DNA of 64,000 bases from a bacterium (GCA_965261085.1 OZ253442.1:3232001-3296000); one strand, 5' to 3'. Counted from the stretch's first letter, positions 28,193-39,171 are shown. Translations and numbers: made by a program. The notes: generated by a model from the letters alone, not told the origin.

Positions 28193-29137
28193 TCATACCA
28201 AACCCCGGTGGCCCTTCCATGACGCCACGGCCCCAAAAACGCATACAACACCGGCCAGAGAATCCCAGCCCGAGGTATGTCCTATCTTATCCAACGCGCG
28301 CAAAGCAGAACTCAAACGCGTCTCATCCGCCATCCCTATCGCCGAGATCGATTCATGCAATGCTTGCGCTCCTTGCCCTCTGGCTGCGCACTCTAAATGC
28401 GCGCAACTGATTTTATTCGTCCGATATTTGGCTTGTGTCAATATGGCGCCCGATATTCTTTCTGAAATTTCAAAATACCCCAGTACGCGCAACGCTATCA
28501 TCGCACCGCACCAAAAATCATCCCCGGATGGCGTGAGCCCCGGACCCAGGCCAACCAGTTGGTGAGCGATGGCAGAAAATTCCAGGTTTCCCCCTTTATT
28601 CAGAGAGTGCGACAACCAATTCCCGAAGTCCGAGACTCCCTGCCAGGAGACTGTTTGAAATGCACCCGCATTTGAGATTTCCTCGCCGCTCGCAATGTAC
28701 GAAATGAGTGGGGCAAAACCCTCACGAGGGCCAGTTTCGGCTATCCACTCAACAAGAAACGGGAGATTTTGCAGAAAAGACCCCAAATCCCAGCCAACCG
28801 GGAGTGGCTCCGGTTCCCATACTTTGGGAAGGGAAGTATCAATTTTCATGTTGGAACTTAGATGAATAGAACCATTTTGAATTCTGGCAGGACTTCCGGA
28901 GTCCACCATTTCTGTGAAATCCACATCGTTCGAGAATTTACAAAGCGCATTCAGGGGTCCTGGCCCAATGCCCCATTCCCCGATGCACGTGAGTTGCCCA
29001 GATGTATTTTCCACATAAAAACTTCTGTGAAACACACCGATGATTTTCGCTTCGCCCGGTGAGCCTAGAAATTCTTTAGCAAATTCACCTGCAAGAACCA
29101 CCCGGAATGTATTCGACATAAAACAGACCTGTATCAT
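28193..29137 (-). CDS. DUF2877-family protein (AllH-like)
   Basis: LVGLGPGLTPSGDDFWCG, RTNKISCAHL, IGHTSGWDSLAG; start uncertain. Confidence 0.75.
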   Translation of the reverse strand: MIQVCFMSNTFRVVLAGEFAKEFLGSPGEAKIIGVFHRSFYVENTSGQLTCIGEWGIGPGPLNALCKFSNDVDFTEMVDSGSPARIQNGSIHLSSNMKIDTSLPKVWEPEPLPVGWDLGSFLQNLPFLVEWIAETGPREGFAPLISYIASGEEISNAGAFQTVSWQGVSDFGNWLSHSLNKGGNLEFSAIAHQLVGLGPGLTPSGDDFWCGAMIALRVLGYFEISERISGAILTQAKYRTNKISCAHLECAARGQGAQALHESISAIGMADETRLSSALRALDKIGHTSGWDSLAGVVCVFGAVASWKGHRGLV

Positions 29138-29158
29138 GAAACGATGGTTTCATCCAAT

Positions 29159-29202
29159 AAAGAAAACCCCCCACCCACACAAGGGCGAGGGGATTCTCTT
29201 TT
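29159..29202 (-). terminator. Putative intrinsic terminator after the 29212 ORF
   Basis: rc GAGAATCCCCTCGCCC-TTGTGT-GGGTGGGGGGTTTTCTTT, hairpin plus T tract. Confidence 0.45.
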
Positions 29203-29211
29203 CAATAATGT

Positions 29212-29547
29212 CTATCCACAACCAGGTCCTCTAATCTCGCTCGCCGCAACACCAGATGGAACGAGTGTTTCGGCAAAATTCGGGTCCACCTGTTGTTTTT
29301 CGACCAATTCGGCAATCTGCGACAGCAACACCTCACGTTTCATCAACCCCAAACGATATATACCCATTGGGTTGATAAGTTTCATATAATAGTGGTTTCC
29401 AGCGTCATGCTCTGTAGAGCACGCAGAGGGTTTTTGGGCGATGGAGAGAGGGCCGCTAAAAACATCCGCAAATTGAGCCAGAACTTCCTCACCATGCAAA
29501 TCCGCAGGTATTTCGGGAAATCTGACTACGAGCTCTTGGATGGTCAT
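29212..29547 (-). CDS. Hypothetical protein (Cys/His-containing, ends GPGCG)
   Basis: AAGGAG RBS, protein-like composition; no family recognised. Confidence 0.7.
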   Translation of the reverse strand: MTIQELVVRFPEIPADLHGEEVLAQFADVFSGPLSIAQKPSACSTEHDAGNHYYMKLINPMGIYRLGLMKREVLLSQIAELVEKQQVDPNFAETLVPSGVAASEIRGPGCG

Positions 29548-29682
29548 CGTTATAACTCCTTAGCGGGGTGGATCGTTTCGAACGGAACAACTCGCTGAGT
29601 TTAGCAGATGTTGAACCGCTTGGCTCCCCATTTCCTCTTCCTGCGACACTAAAACGAGCGAATCTCAAGAAAAGCGTAAGGA

Positions 29683-31656
29683 TTACATTTCTCTGATAAA
29701 CCGCGCAGCGTAGCTTCTAATATCTTTTCCGTTTAGAACATGAAAACGACGGATACGAGCGATGGTTTCTCCAGAAAATCGACCAATCGGAATGTGAATC
29801 AAATGTTTTTTGTACAACCGCGCTATCTGGCGCCAGCGTATATTGGGTGGTTGGGAACTCACTAGGGCGATGAATCGCTCTTTCGAGTGAAAACATGCCC
29901 CTGCGATCAGCCGCTCTTCTAGCGTCTGCGTGTAGTGAAAGTGCGAATCCCGCCAGACATCCTCGATATATCGGGGAGGAAAAACAAAAAATGCTCCCCC
30001 ATACTGAGATTCCGCGACCCCCGGCCCCACCAAATTACTCTCAAATGGGGTCGCATACATGCAAAGAGTTGATTCTTCATCATGTTCCGCATACCACATC
30101 GTACGCCAGGAATATTTTTCGGCATCTGCGGGCGTATCGAACAAAAAGACGACGACCTCCAGGTTTCCTCGCGCAGGGGGAATTTCTTTCACGTACAGGT
30201 CACCGGTGTGCCAGTTGCGGAGCGTTTCCCGGATATCGAGACCATCTTTTATCGATGTCGTGAACTTTTCGGTGCGGGCCAAATCTTCTCCCAATAGCGC
30301 CTTAGCCTGTTCACGCACATGGGTATGAAAACTCTCTATGGCTTCATCTTCCGGTGGCCAGGAACACATGCCAAAAGGATTCCACCTCTGCGCCCATTCC
30401 TGTTTTTCAATCGGAGTGGGATTCGGTTTCAGAGAAATACTCTTCCAAGTGACGGCCGAACCACCCAAGCGGCTCTTAATCGTCCCGATATCTCCATCAG
30501 GGAACGCCGCACGATTCACACCTACGTGGACAAGATCACTTTCATTTGATGAGGAAATTTCGCTTTGATACGGGTATTCCCTTGCAGTCGCCAACAATGA
30601 CAAGGCGAAAGCATCGCCGGCGGTCTGCTTGGCGGCAAGGGTAAGGGTAAATAAATCCGGTGTTAATCTTCTTCCCTGAAGCGTCAAATTCCGGGCGTAT
30701 TGCAAGAATATCTGGAGCCTTTGCGGTGTCACCCAGTTTTGCACGGGTCGATGTTCTTGTAACCATGCCGTTCTCGCCTCCAAGAGGAGTTCCTTTACGC
30801 CATCAATAGACAGGTTGGAATCGCCCACAAATTCTTCGCGTTTTTTTTCGTATAAATACGTCAGATAGGGAAACTCCCCCAGGAGGAAAGCCAAGGTATC
30901 TTCCGATACCCCATATCTTCGGGGCGGGTTGAGTGGCGCGCCTGAGTGGGATTCAAATAATTTTTTGTCTTTAGATGGCCCCTCTCGACAAGCCGAGCGA
31001 ATCCAGGGCCAATCCATCGCAGAGCACACGAAAACGATGCGCTTGTACCTCTCTTCGAGTTCCAGTAAGGCATCCGCCATCCAGCGAATTCTCGCATTGC
31101 GCTGTGACGAAGGAGAAGGTTTAGGAGCTATTGTCAAAAGAGATGCCGCAAAGGCCTCCATCGGTACTTTTTTGAGTGCATATGGATCCGGCAGGGTATG
31201 AACATCCTGATGAAAACACTCCACTTCCAAATCTATAAAAGCTCTGGAAATACGCTCTCCCATGGCCACTCTGAGAGCGGAAATCACGGGCTGGCAAGGG
31301 TCAATGGGCACATAGTTATAAGAAGATAAATTTATTTGATCCGCCAACAATTCATCTTTAGCGCCCGAATCATCTTCTGGCTGTTGATTCTGCTCCCATG
31401 GCTCATCAAACACTGTTTCATCATCTCTGAAATATGATGGGGCATCTTCATTCACCGACACCATGGAGACATACGGGAGTTCATCCACACCTGCTTCTAC
31501 TTCATTTTGAAAAGACGGGGGCAAAGGAACCGCAACACAATCAGGTTCAAGTCGCAAAATCCTGTCTCGTACCTCTACAGCAAAATCTCCCGCTCCATGG
31601 ATGATGGGAAGTGCGCTGATCCGATCCGTGATCGCCAGAAAATCTTGCGCGCTCAT
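29683..31656 (-). CDS. Conserved hypothetical protein, partner of the AAA+ ATPase
   Basis: 657-aa ORF 3 bp downstream of the AAA gene; LPIIHGAGDFA.EVR...PDCVAVPLP N-terminus; DGLDIRETLRNW. Confidence 0.8.
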   Translation of the reverse strand: MSAQDFLAITDRISALPIIHGAGDFAVEVRDRILRLEPDCVAVPLPPSFQNEVEAGVDELPYVSMVSVNEDAPSYFRDDETVFDEPWEQNQQPEDDSGAKDELLADQINLSSYNYVPIDPCQPVISALRVAMGERISRAFIDLEVECFHQDVHTLPDPYALKKVPMEAFAASLLTIAPKPSPSSQRNARIRWMADALLELEERYKRIVFVCSAMDWPWIRSACREGPSKDKKLFESHSGAPLNPPRRYGVSEDTLAFLLGEFPYLTYLYEKKREEFVGDSNLSIDGVKELLLEARTAWLQEHRPVQNWVTPQRLQIFLQYARNLTLQGRRLTPDLFTLTLAAKQTAGDAFALSLLATAREYPYQSEISSSNESDLVHVGVNRAAFPDGDIGTIKSRLGGSAVTWKSISLKPNPTPIEKQEWAQRWNPFGMCSWPPEDEAIESFHTHVREQAKALLGEDLARTEKFTTSIKDGLDIRETLRNWHTGDLYVKEIPPARGNLEVVVFLFDTPADAEKYSWRTMWYAEHDEESTLCMYATPFESNLVGPGVAESQYGGAFFVFPPRYIEDVWRDSHFHYTQTLEERLIAGACFHSKERFIALVSSQPPNIRWRQIARLYKKHLIHIPIGRFSGETIARIRRFHVLNGKDIRSYAARFIREM

Positions 31657-31659
31657 AAA

Positions 31660-32628
31660 TCAATCATCTCGCTCGGGGTGCAACGGACTATCTCCGCCAA
31701 AGAAAAGATCGCCAAAATCAAGCGGTGGAGGCTCATCGCCGAGGGCTTGCCGTCTTCTGCCCGCAAGACCTTCCAAGTCCAACGCATCATCTCCTAAAAC
31801 CTTGGAGAGCGCCTCTCTCCACGCATCGTCTTGAGAGAGTGGGTGCTCCGGGTTCTGCGCAAGACGTTTAAGGGCGAATTGAAGGATGTGGATACCATCC
31901 CGAGGGGAATATCCAAGGTCCAATTCATGGGCTTCCTGTAAGAACTCAACCGTCAAGGCCAACATCTCGTTGGGAGCAAACGGCAAGTGGTACTTGAGAA
32001 TGGCCATTTCATCTTTTTTGTTCGGAAATTCAAGCTCTAACGTAGGTTGCAGTCTCGATAAAATGTAATCCGGGACTTCGTATGTCGAGGCATCTTCATT
32101 CATCGTTACACAGCAGCGAAAATCCGGGTGCGCCTTTACCGTGACACCAGCCACGATAGACTCCACATAACGACGATGATCGAGCAACGGAGCCAACGAG
32201 GCCCAACTCTTTTCACTCATCCGGTTGCCCTCATCCAACACACAGACGCCTCCCCTTATCATCGCTGTGACAAGGGGGGATGCGTGATAAGCGATTTTTC
32301 CCGCTTCCGCTAAGACAGGCGTGATCAAAAGATCCTCTGGGCGCGTATCAGAGGTACACTGAAATATGAACAGTTCCAAGTTTCTCTCCCGCGCCGCCGC
32401 CATAGCCAGGGTCGTCTTTCCGATTCCAGGGGGACCAGTGATTCTCGGAGAAAGTGGAAAGTCCTCCTCCGCTACGACCATCCAGCAGGCCAGAAGCTGG
32501 CGAAGCACTTCTTTCTGGCCGATCCACTCCTGATCGATATCGGTATGCCTGCTCAGATGCAAGGATACGCCTTCCATTTCAACTACTCTTGTCACTGAGT
32601 CTTTGTTGCCAGATGTTTTATCGTGCAA
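31660..32628 (-). CDS. MoxR/CbbQ-like AAA+ ATPase (AAA_5)
   Basis: Walker [21 protein letters not shown], Walker [25 protein letters not shown] sensor II. Confidence 0.85.
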   Translation of the reverse strand: MHDKTSGNKDSVTRVVEMEGVSLHLSRHTDIDQEWIGQKEVLRQLLACWMVVAEEDFPLSPRITGPPGIGKTTLAMAAARERNLELFIFQCTSDTRPEDLLITPVLAEAGKIAYHASPLVTAMIRGGVCVLDEGNRMSEKSWASLAPLLDHRRYVESIVAGVTVKAHPDFRCCVTMNEDASTYEVPDYILSRLQPTLELEFPNKKDEMAILKYHLPFAPNEMLALTVEFLQEAHELDLGYSPRDGIHILQFALKRLAQNPEHPLSQDDAWREALSKVLGDDALDLEGLAGRRRQALGDEPPPLDFGDLFFGGDSPLHPERDD

Positions 32629-32698
32629 AATCGACTCCTATTTCCAAAATCCCGCTTTGAAAGATCATGACATCTCACCCTTGTATCCAGGGCAAACC

Positions 32699-33445
32699 CT
32701 AATCTGTAAAATACCCCCCGTTTACATCCAGAGCTTCTCCAGTGATATGCGCAGCTTCTTCGCTTGCAAGAAACAACGTGGCCGGCACCAATTCCGCAGC
32801 CTTTGCGAACCTTCCCATCGGGTGTTTCGCCAGCGCTTTGTTGTACAAATCCGGTCCAAATTTTCGCATCAAATGCCCATCAATCGGCCCGGGGACCAAA
32901 CAGTTCACGGTCACTTTGGTTTTCGCCAGTTCACGAGCCAGGTTAAACGTCATGGCCAAAATACCACCTTTTGAAGCGCCATACGTGAGATTATGGCCTA
33001 GCCCCCCCGATTTTCCGGCTCCAGAACCATATAAGATAATTCGCCCCGCCGGAGAATCCCTAAGTGCGGGCATTGCGCCTTGAATGCAAAAATAAGGAGC
33101 TAAAAGATTCACACGAAGTGCGCGCCTCCAATCAGATTCATCAAGTGAGAGTGGATCTTTCACCAACATATTCGCCGCCGTGTGAATAAAGATGTCGCAT
33201 CCACCCAGCCATGCAATTGCTTCTTTGCTCATGGCATTCACTTCATCAAAATTTTCCAAATCACAGGTTATTTTTTTCATCATTTCTTCGGGACCATTGA
33301 TAAGACGTAGTTTTTCCGAGCTTCGACTCGTGGCGACAACCTTTGCACCAGCATCCAGTAACCCCCCAACAAGTGCTTTACCTACATCGCCCGTGGCACC
33401 GGTCAGAAGCACCCTTTTGCCATGAAAATCAAAACGAAGCGTCAT
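32699..33445 (-). CDS. SDR family oxidoreductase
   Basis: TGATGDVG, YGASK, VNCLVPG, VNGG. Confidence 0.85.
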   Translation of the reverse strand: MTLRFDFHGKRVLLTGATGDVGKALVGGLLDAGAKVVATSRSSEKLRLINGPEEMMKKITCDLENFDEVNAMSKEAIAWLGGCDIFIHTAANMLVKDPLSLDESDWRRALRVNLLAPYFCIQGAMPALRDSPAGRIILYGSGAGKSGGLGHNLTYGASKGGILAMTFNLARELAKTKVTVNCLVPGPIDGHLMRKFGPDLYNKALAKHPMGRFAKAAELVPATLFLASEEAAHITGEALDVNGGYFTD

Positions 33446-33598
33446 CCTGTTTACCCCAAAACAAGCGCATAACTTTCAGCCAGTCCCTTCCCCTGATATA
33501 TATCGAATAAGATACAATATCGACTAAAGGATAGCATTCTTGATAAGGGATTATCTTTTAGCCGCTTCAGATGCAAAACAACACCGTGGAGAACACCC

Positions 33599-34864
33599 AT
33601 GAATTTGTTTGACGAACTGAAACTCCGCGGTTTGGTCCATGATCACACGGACCAGGCGGAAATGATGAGCGCATTACGAAAAGGTGGATTGAGCCTTTAT
33701 TGCGGCTTTGACCCCACGGCCGACAGTTTGCACATTGGAAATTTGGTTCCCATTACGGGACTCATGCGTTTTCAACGCGCAGGTCACCGGCCGATTGCCC
33801 TCATCGGCGGTGGAACCGGGATGATAGGAGACCCTTCGGGAAAATCAGAAGAAAGAAACCTCTTGAGCACAGAAATTTTAGAACACAACCTCAAGGGAAT
33901 CAGGGCCCAATTCGAGAGGTTCCTGGATTTTGATGCGGGTTCCAATTCTGCGCGTATGGTAAACAACGCGGAATGGCTAAACGAGGTCCGTCTCATCGAT
34001 TTTTTCCGCGATGTTGGCAAACATTTTTCTATCGGCTACATGATGGCGAAAGAATCCGTTAAGTCACGCATCGCCGAGGCAGGAATATCGTACACCGAGT
34101 TCAGCTACATGGCGCTCCAGGCATATGATTTTCTTCACCTGTTTGAAAAAGAGAACTGCACCTTACAAATCGGCGGTTCTGATCAATGGGGCAACATCAC
34201 GGCAGGCATCGAGCTTATCCGGCGTGTTCATGGAAAACCCGCTTGGGGAATGACTTTCCCCCTCATTACAACTTCTGACGGCAGAAAATTCGGTAAAACA
34301 GAAGAAGGAAATATCTGGCTGGACCCGAGGCGAACCAGTCCATATCGATTCTCTCAATATTGGATTCAGACAGACGATAGAGACGTCGGCAGGTTTTTAA
34401 GATACTTCACGTTCTTACCCATTGAGGAGATTGATGAGATTGAGAAAGAACACCTCAAGTCTCCGGAGAAACGAGCAGGACAACGCCGCCTTTCGCAGGA
34501 ACTGACGACGCTCGTACATGGCAGCGCCGCGGCGCGGAGCGTGGAGCGCGCCGCCAAGATTCTTTTTGGGGCTCAACTCGATGGCATCGAGAAAACTGAT
34601 TTGCTCTCCGCTGCAGAGGAAATGCCAAAGACTCTGCAATCAGGAGCACCACCATTTCCGCTAATAGAGATCCTGTTGGAAACAGGCCTTTCCAAGTCGA
34701 AATCTATGGCTCGAAAAGAATTAAATGGTGGCGGGATCTATGTGAATAATCACCGTATTACGAGTGAGAAAAGTGTATTATCTGATGATGATCTATTATT
34801 TGGTCAATACATTCTGCTTCGCAAGGGAAAAAAGAACTATCATCTGTTAGAATTTGAAAGGTAA
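33599..34864 (+). CDS. tyrS: Tyrosine--tRNA ligase
   Basis: YCGFDPTADSLHIGN, IGDPSGK, ISYTEFSY..LQAYDF, QIGGSDQWGNI, KFGKT, S4 domain LRKGKKNY. Confidence 0.97.
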   Translation: MNLFDELKLRGLVHDHTDQAEMMSALRKGGLSLYCGFDPTADSLHIGNLVPITGLMRFQRAGHRPIALIGGGTGMIGDPSGKSEERNLLSTEILEHNLKGIRAQFERFLDFDAGSNSARMVNNAEWLNEVRLIDFFRDVGKHFSIGYMMAKESVKSRIAEAGISYTEFSYMALQAYDFLHLFEKENCTLQIGGSDQWGNITAGIELIRRVHGKPAWGMTFPLITTSDGRKFGKTEEGNIWLDPRRTSPYRFSQYWIQTDDRDVGRFLRYFTFLPIEEIDEIEKEHLKSPEKRAGQRRLSQELTTLVHGSAAARSVERAAKILFGAQLDGIEKTDLLSAAEEMPKTLQSGAPPFPLIEILLETGLSKSKSMARKELNGGGIYVNNHRITSEKSVLSDDDLLFGQYILLRKGKKNYHLLEFER

Positions 34865-35006
34865 ACATATACGGAAATCATCATTTGCCGCATTTTGGTA
34901 TAAGAGTTGAGTAAATCCCCTTGGAAACTCCGAGACATCTACAGATGGTGAAAATGAGCTTGCACATCAGACGGTGTTTCGGCTCTGCCGAAGCAACCCT
35001 TCAAAC

Positions 35007-36284
35007 ATGAATGAACGAAGAAGTCCGATCCAGGTCGAATATCATGACTTGCCTCCTGAGTTTCACCAGTGGAAATGGCGTGTCCTCATCGCCTTTTGTG
35101 TTTTCTATGCTTTTAATTATCTGGGCAGATTTAACTTCAGCTTGGTGCAATATGCAGTCATCCAAGATCTGGGCATTACACGAGTCGATACCGGATGGAT
35201 CAATTCATGGATGTTTTGGGGCTTCGCTTTAGGCGATTTGGTTTTCGGAAGAATCGCGGAAAAAGTAGGCTATCGAAACACCATTCTCTTCGCTTCAATC
35301 GCCACATCTCTATTCAATTTCATTGCTAGTTTTGGAAATTCCATCACCACGCTCGCCATACCTTGGGCGATGGTGGGTTTTGTGAACGCGGCCACCTGGG
35401 GGCCAGGACTTGGTCTGGTAGCGCAATGGTGGCCCAGACGAGAACGGGGGCAAGCGATTGGGCTCGTGGGAACAGCCGCCGGAATTGCGCTACTCATCGT
35501 TTGGGCGGTCGTACCCTGGGTGGCGGCTCAATATGGTTGGCGAGCCGCGATTCGCTACCCTCCCATGATCATCGCCGTTATGGGAATCATTTTTTATTTT
35601 GTCGCCAAAGACAAACCCTCTGAACTAAACCTCCCTGAGTATATAGAGTCGGATGACTTATCTCGCGAAGCAGAAGCAGCCGGCAGCGAGAGTGAACATG
35701 GGTTAAGGGCATATTTTCACTTGATGACCAATATGCGCTTCTTTTTGGCATGCCATGTGAAAGGACTGGACAATGTGGTTCGCTACGGTGTCGTCTCGTG
35801 GGCGCCTTTGTATTACGCCCAAGTTGGTGGATTCAACTTAAAACAGATGGGTTTGCTGACCTTCGCTTATCCTTTAGGATATTTGTTTGGTCCCATATTC
35901 GGTGGAATCATTTCTGATCGATTCTTCAAGAGCAATCGGTCCATCGTCATTATGCTCGCCGCTATTCTGAGCGCTGCCGCGATGATGGGAATCGCCTATG
36001 CACCCGCCGACAACATTCCTCTTGCCGTCATTTTGCTCATCGTCGGTGGGTTTTGCGTCAACATGTCTACTGTACAGGCGCTGGGTGTAGACCTTGCTGG
36101 CCGGCGATTGGCCGGAACCGCGGCAGGTGTATTGGATGCCCATGGATATGTTTATGGCGCGCTTCAAGCCATATTCTTTGGATGGCTATCTCTCGCTGTT
36201 TCGAACGGATGGTTTTGGGTGTTCATTGCCATGGCGTCCAGTCGACTCATTGCGGTAGTACTCGTCTGGAGAGTGCGGGCATAA
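35007..36284 (+). CDS. MFS transporter, GlpT/UhpC (OPA) family-like
   Basis: YAFNYLGRFNFS, WWPRRERG, GIISDRFF, GTAAGVLD...YVYG; about 12 hydrophobic segments. Confidence 0.82.
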   Translation: MNERRSPIQVEYHDLPPEFHQWKWRVLIAFCVFYAFNYLGRFNFSLVQYAVIQDLGITRVDTGWINSWMFWGFALGDLVFGRIAEKVGYRNTILFASIATSLFNFIASFGNSITTLAIPWAMVGFVNAATWGPGLGLVAQWWPRRERGQAIGLVGTAAGIALLIVWAVVPWVAAQYGWRAAIRYPPMIIAVMGIIFYFVAKDKPSELNLPEYIESDDLSREAEAAGSESEHGLRAYFHLMTNMRFFLACHVKGLDNVVRYGVVSWAPLYYAQVGGFNLKQMGLLTFAYPLGYLFGPIFGGIISDRFFKSNRSIVIMLAAILSAAAMMGIAYAPADNIPLAVILLIVGGFCVNMSTVQALGVDLAGRRLAGTAAGVLDAHGYVYGALQAIFFGWLSLAVSNGWFWVFIAMASSRLIAVVLVWRVRA

Positions 36285-36337
36285 ACGGGCAATTTTCCTC
36301 AGGAAAGTTGAGAGGCCTGTATTATCGAGCTTAACTA

Positions 36338-37612
36338 TCAGTTCTCATTTCCCCGATTTATGCCTTTTAATATTTCCAACCGAATCTTGTTTTCATCACT
36401 TGCGAATTTTTCCTCCAAAAAAGAAAGTAGGCGTTGAACCCAAATCGCTCGGTGCTCTTGTGACGTCACCAAATAAAAAGACACCCCGAAACGCCAATTC
36501 TTGTCCGTCCCTCGGACGATGATGTCCAGTCGAACATCATCCTGACTCGCCAAATACAGAGCTGCCAAAAGGTCTTTCCCATTATCCAGATCGAACAGAA
36601 ATGATTTTTTCGTTCCATCTCCGAATCGAATATTCAAACCCAGCGTAGTCGAATCCGTCCATTCTGGGGAATCAAATACGACTGAAAGCAATTCAGGGGA
36701 AGCAGAAGCATCAACACCAACCACGATATAAGTTTCACCACCCACGGCGAATCTCGCTGATGAGAGAACACCGCCTTCATGATTTTTTTCGCTTAAGAAA
36801 TCTTTCAACCAATCAGGCAATCTCTCCCGTCCGGGGTAAGCCGTGGGCGTTTCGCCTTCATTCAACAATTGGAGTTTGTTCGCCCAAGCGAGCAAAGAAA
36901 CCAACAATGGCGGCGCAGGACGCAGAATTTCCGACTCCCATGGCGTAATGCCTACCATGGCGCCATCAAGGCTTCTCATCAATTCAGCCTGCACATCTTC
37001 CCACGCCATGATTCGCTCGATATCTTCTCCAGCTTCAATGGAAATCCTCAAACCCTCTATCGCCGCTAAACGACGAACCATTTCGAATAGATGATAATTT
37101 TCTTCTACATCTACAAACATTTTCCGGGCTTCGGTGACATTGTCGGTTAAACCATTATCATCAAGCCATGAATCCAAATTCATCGGCAGGGGAAGCAAAC
37201 CGATATTCGGAGCACTGGAGCGTCTCCAAAGGCCGCGAGCGCCTTCCAGCGTAGCACTCGCGGCCGGCTCCGTGTGAATCCCCCAAACATCGGACAGTTC
37301 TTTTCGTATGGCATCTTCACCCACACCGTCGTCAAGCATGTTCGCCAAACGCCGGAGCAACAAGCTGAAAAACGCGGTTTGCGCCTTCACCATAGAGGAC
37401 AATTTTCCGCGTCTCGACGTAAGAGACGTCAGCATCAGATATAAGGTCCCGACCTCCGGAATTGCGCCCTGAGCACCAAATAGCGTCGTCAGTTTCTCCA
37501 GGCGCTGAAGGACAAACCCCAACTCTTCACCGGCCAGCAACTTCAAATGGATAAAAGAAATCGGGAGAGCCTGCTCGGGCAAAATGGGCTCTGCCTGGGG
37601 AGGAAAAAGCAT
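36338..37612 (-). CDS. Hypothetical protein
   Basis: 424-aa ORF with protein-like composition; no family recognised; start uncertain. Confidence 0.65.
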   Translation of the reverse strand: MLFPPQAEPILPEQALPISFIHLKLLAGEELGFVLQRLEKLTTLFGAQGAIPEVGTLYLMLTSLTSRRGKLSSMVKAQTAFFSLLLRRLANMLDDGVGEDAIRKELSDVWGIHTEPAASATLEGARGLWRRSSAPNIGLLPLPMNLDSWLDDNGLTDNVTEARKMFVDVEENYHLFEMVRRLAAIEGLRISIEAGEDIERIMAWEDVQAELMRSLDGAMVGITPWESEILRPAPPLLVSLLAWANKLQLLNEGETPTAYPGRERLPDWLKDFLSEKNHEGGVLSSARFAVGGETYIVVGVDASASPELLSVVFDSPEWTDSTTLGLNIRFGDGTKKSFLFDLDNGKDLLAALYLASQDDVRLDIIVRGTDKNWRFGVSFYLVTSQEHRAIWVQRLLSFLEEKFASDENKIRLEILKGINRGNEN

Positions 37613-37731
37613 TTAGGTGAAATTTTGTCTGATTTGCTCGCCTACGTCTCCAAAATTCTCACGCAGGTAATGCTCACAAGACGACTCCCACCAATCGTAA
37701 AACAAACTTTGCCGCACAGTTGGAGACATCC

Positions 37732-37950
37732 TTATTCGCTCTCGGATATGGATGAATGTTCCTGCTCACCGATTGACGGGGCATGCGCCTTCTTCTGGAG
37801 CAAACGCCCGAGAGAAAACAAAATCACCGCAGAACCTAAAATGATGAGTTGGATGGCGTAGGCCGAGGGATTCGAAATACCTATGAACAAGGCAATGCCA
37901 CAATCCACCATGGCGAGAATTTGGAGGGCACGTCCCAAGCCATACATCAA
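37732..37950 (-). CDS. Small two-TM membrane protein
   Basis: Two hydrophobic stretches; start overlaps the stop of the upstream aminotransferase. Confidence 0.55.
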   Translation of the reverse strand: MMYGLGRALQILAMVDCGIALFIGISNPSAYAIQLIILGSAVILFSLGRLLQKKAHAPSIGEQEHSSISESE

Positions 37951-39143
37951 CCAAGTTGTCCCAAGGCCGCTCTGATTCGTTCAATCCCTTCTTTTACGTT
38001 CTCCAGGGATGTCGCATAGGAGAACCGCACGTAATCGTCGGCGCCGAATCCGGCGCCGGGCACGCCGGCGCAGTGCGCGTGTTCGAGGAGGTACAGCCCC
38101 ACATCCATTGAATTTTTTAATACTCCATCCGGCCCCTGACGCCCGAATACGCCGCTCACCCGCGGGAAGGCGTAAAACGCGCCCTTGGGGTTCACGACGC
38201 TCATCCCCTCGATTCCGTTGAATCCCTCGACGATCGCCTGTCTTCTCGCGTCGTATTGCGCCAGCCATTCGTTCAGGAATTCGTGCGGTCCCCTGAGGGC
38301 CGCAATCCCGCCGTATTGAGCGAAGGAAGTGGCGTTGCTCGTGCTCTGGCCCTGCAATGTGTCCATGGCCTCGATGATTTCAGGCCTTGCGAGCGTATAC
38401 CCCATCCGCCAGCCCGTCATCGCATACGTTTTCGAGAACCCGTCCAAAACCAGCGTCCGCGCCTTCATTTCGGGAGAGAAACTCGCGATAGATACATGCT
38501 CCTCGCCGTCATAGGTGATTTTCCCGTAAATCTCATCGGACATGACCATCGCGTCGGTGGATAAAACCACTTCGGCAATCGCCTCGAGTTCCCCGCGGCT
38601 ATATACGCAGCCCGAAGGGTTGCACGGGCTGTTGAGAACCACGATTTTCGTGCGCTCGGTGATGGCTGCGCGCAACTGCTCGGCCGTCATCTTATGGCCG
38701 TTTTCCTCACTCGTCTCAACCAGAACCGGTTTCGCCCCGGTCAGGGTGGCGACGGGCTCGTACGCCACCCAGATGGGCGCCGGGATGACGACTTCATCGC
38801 CCTCCTCGACGAGGACATGCAAGGCGTTGAAGACCGACTGCTTCCCGCCAACGGTGACGATCACTTCCGTTTTCGGGTCATATCGAAGGCCCTTGTGCTC
38901 TTCGGCCCAATCGCTAATCGCCTCTCGCAAGGAGGGGATGCCCCGAACCGCCGTGTATTTCGTGGCGCCGTCACGCAGACCCTGGATGGCTCCTTCCTTG
39001 ATGTGTTCTGGGGTATCGAAATCAGGCTCTCCCGCAGCGAACGAGATCACGTCGAAGCCTTGCGCTTTCATTTCCGCCGCCTTGGTATTCATCGCCAGTG
39101 TCGGAATGGGAGGCAACTTGCTCATTCGGGATGCAAAACGCAT
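37947..39143 (-). CDS. aspC: Class I PLP-dependent aminotransferase (aspartate aminotransferase-like)
   Basis: AGEPDFDTP, NSPCNPSG, SDEIY, GFSKTYAMTGWRMGY, GAFY, VRFSYA; start MRFASR. Confidence 0.88.
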   Translation of the reverse strand: MRFASRMSKLPPIPTLAMNTKAAEMKAQGFDVISFAAGEPDFDTPEHIKEGAIQGLRDGATKYTAVRGIPSLREAISDWAEEHKGLRYDPKTEVIVTVGGKQSVFNALHVLVEEGDEVVIPAPIWVAYEPVATLTGAKPVLVETSEENGHKMTAEQLRAAITERTKIVVLNSPCNPSGCVYSRGELEAIAEVVLSTDAMVMSDEIYGKITYDGEEHVSIASFSPEMKARTLVLDGFSKTYAMTGWRMGYTLARPEIIEAMDTLQGQSTSNATSFAQYGGIAALRGPHEFLNEWLAQYDARRQAIVEGFNGIEGMSVVNPKGAFYAFPRVSGVFGRQGPDGVLKNSMDVGLYLLEHAHCAGVPGAGFGADDYVRFSYATSLENVKEGIERIRAALGQLG

Positions 39144-39171
39144 GAGAAACTCCAGGGTTAGAAAATGGATA

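Noticed and set aside
33446-33598. T-box leader upstream of tyrS
   Set aside because: The intergenic region is only about 150 bp, is shared with a divergent gene, and has no T-box consensus.
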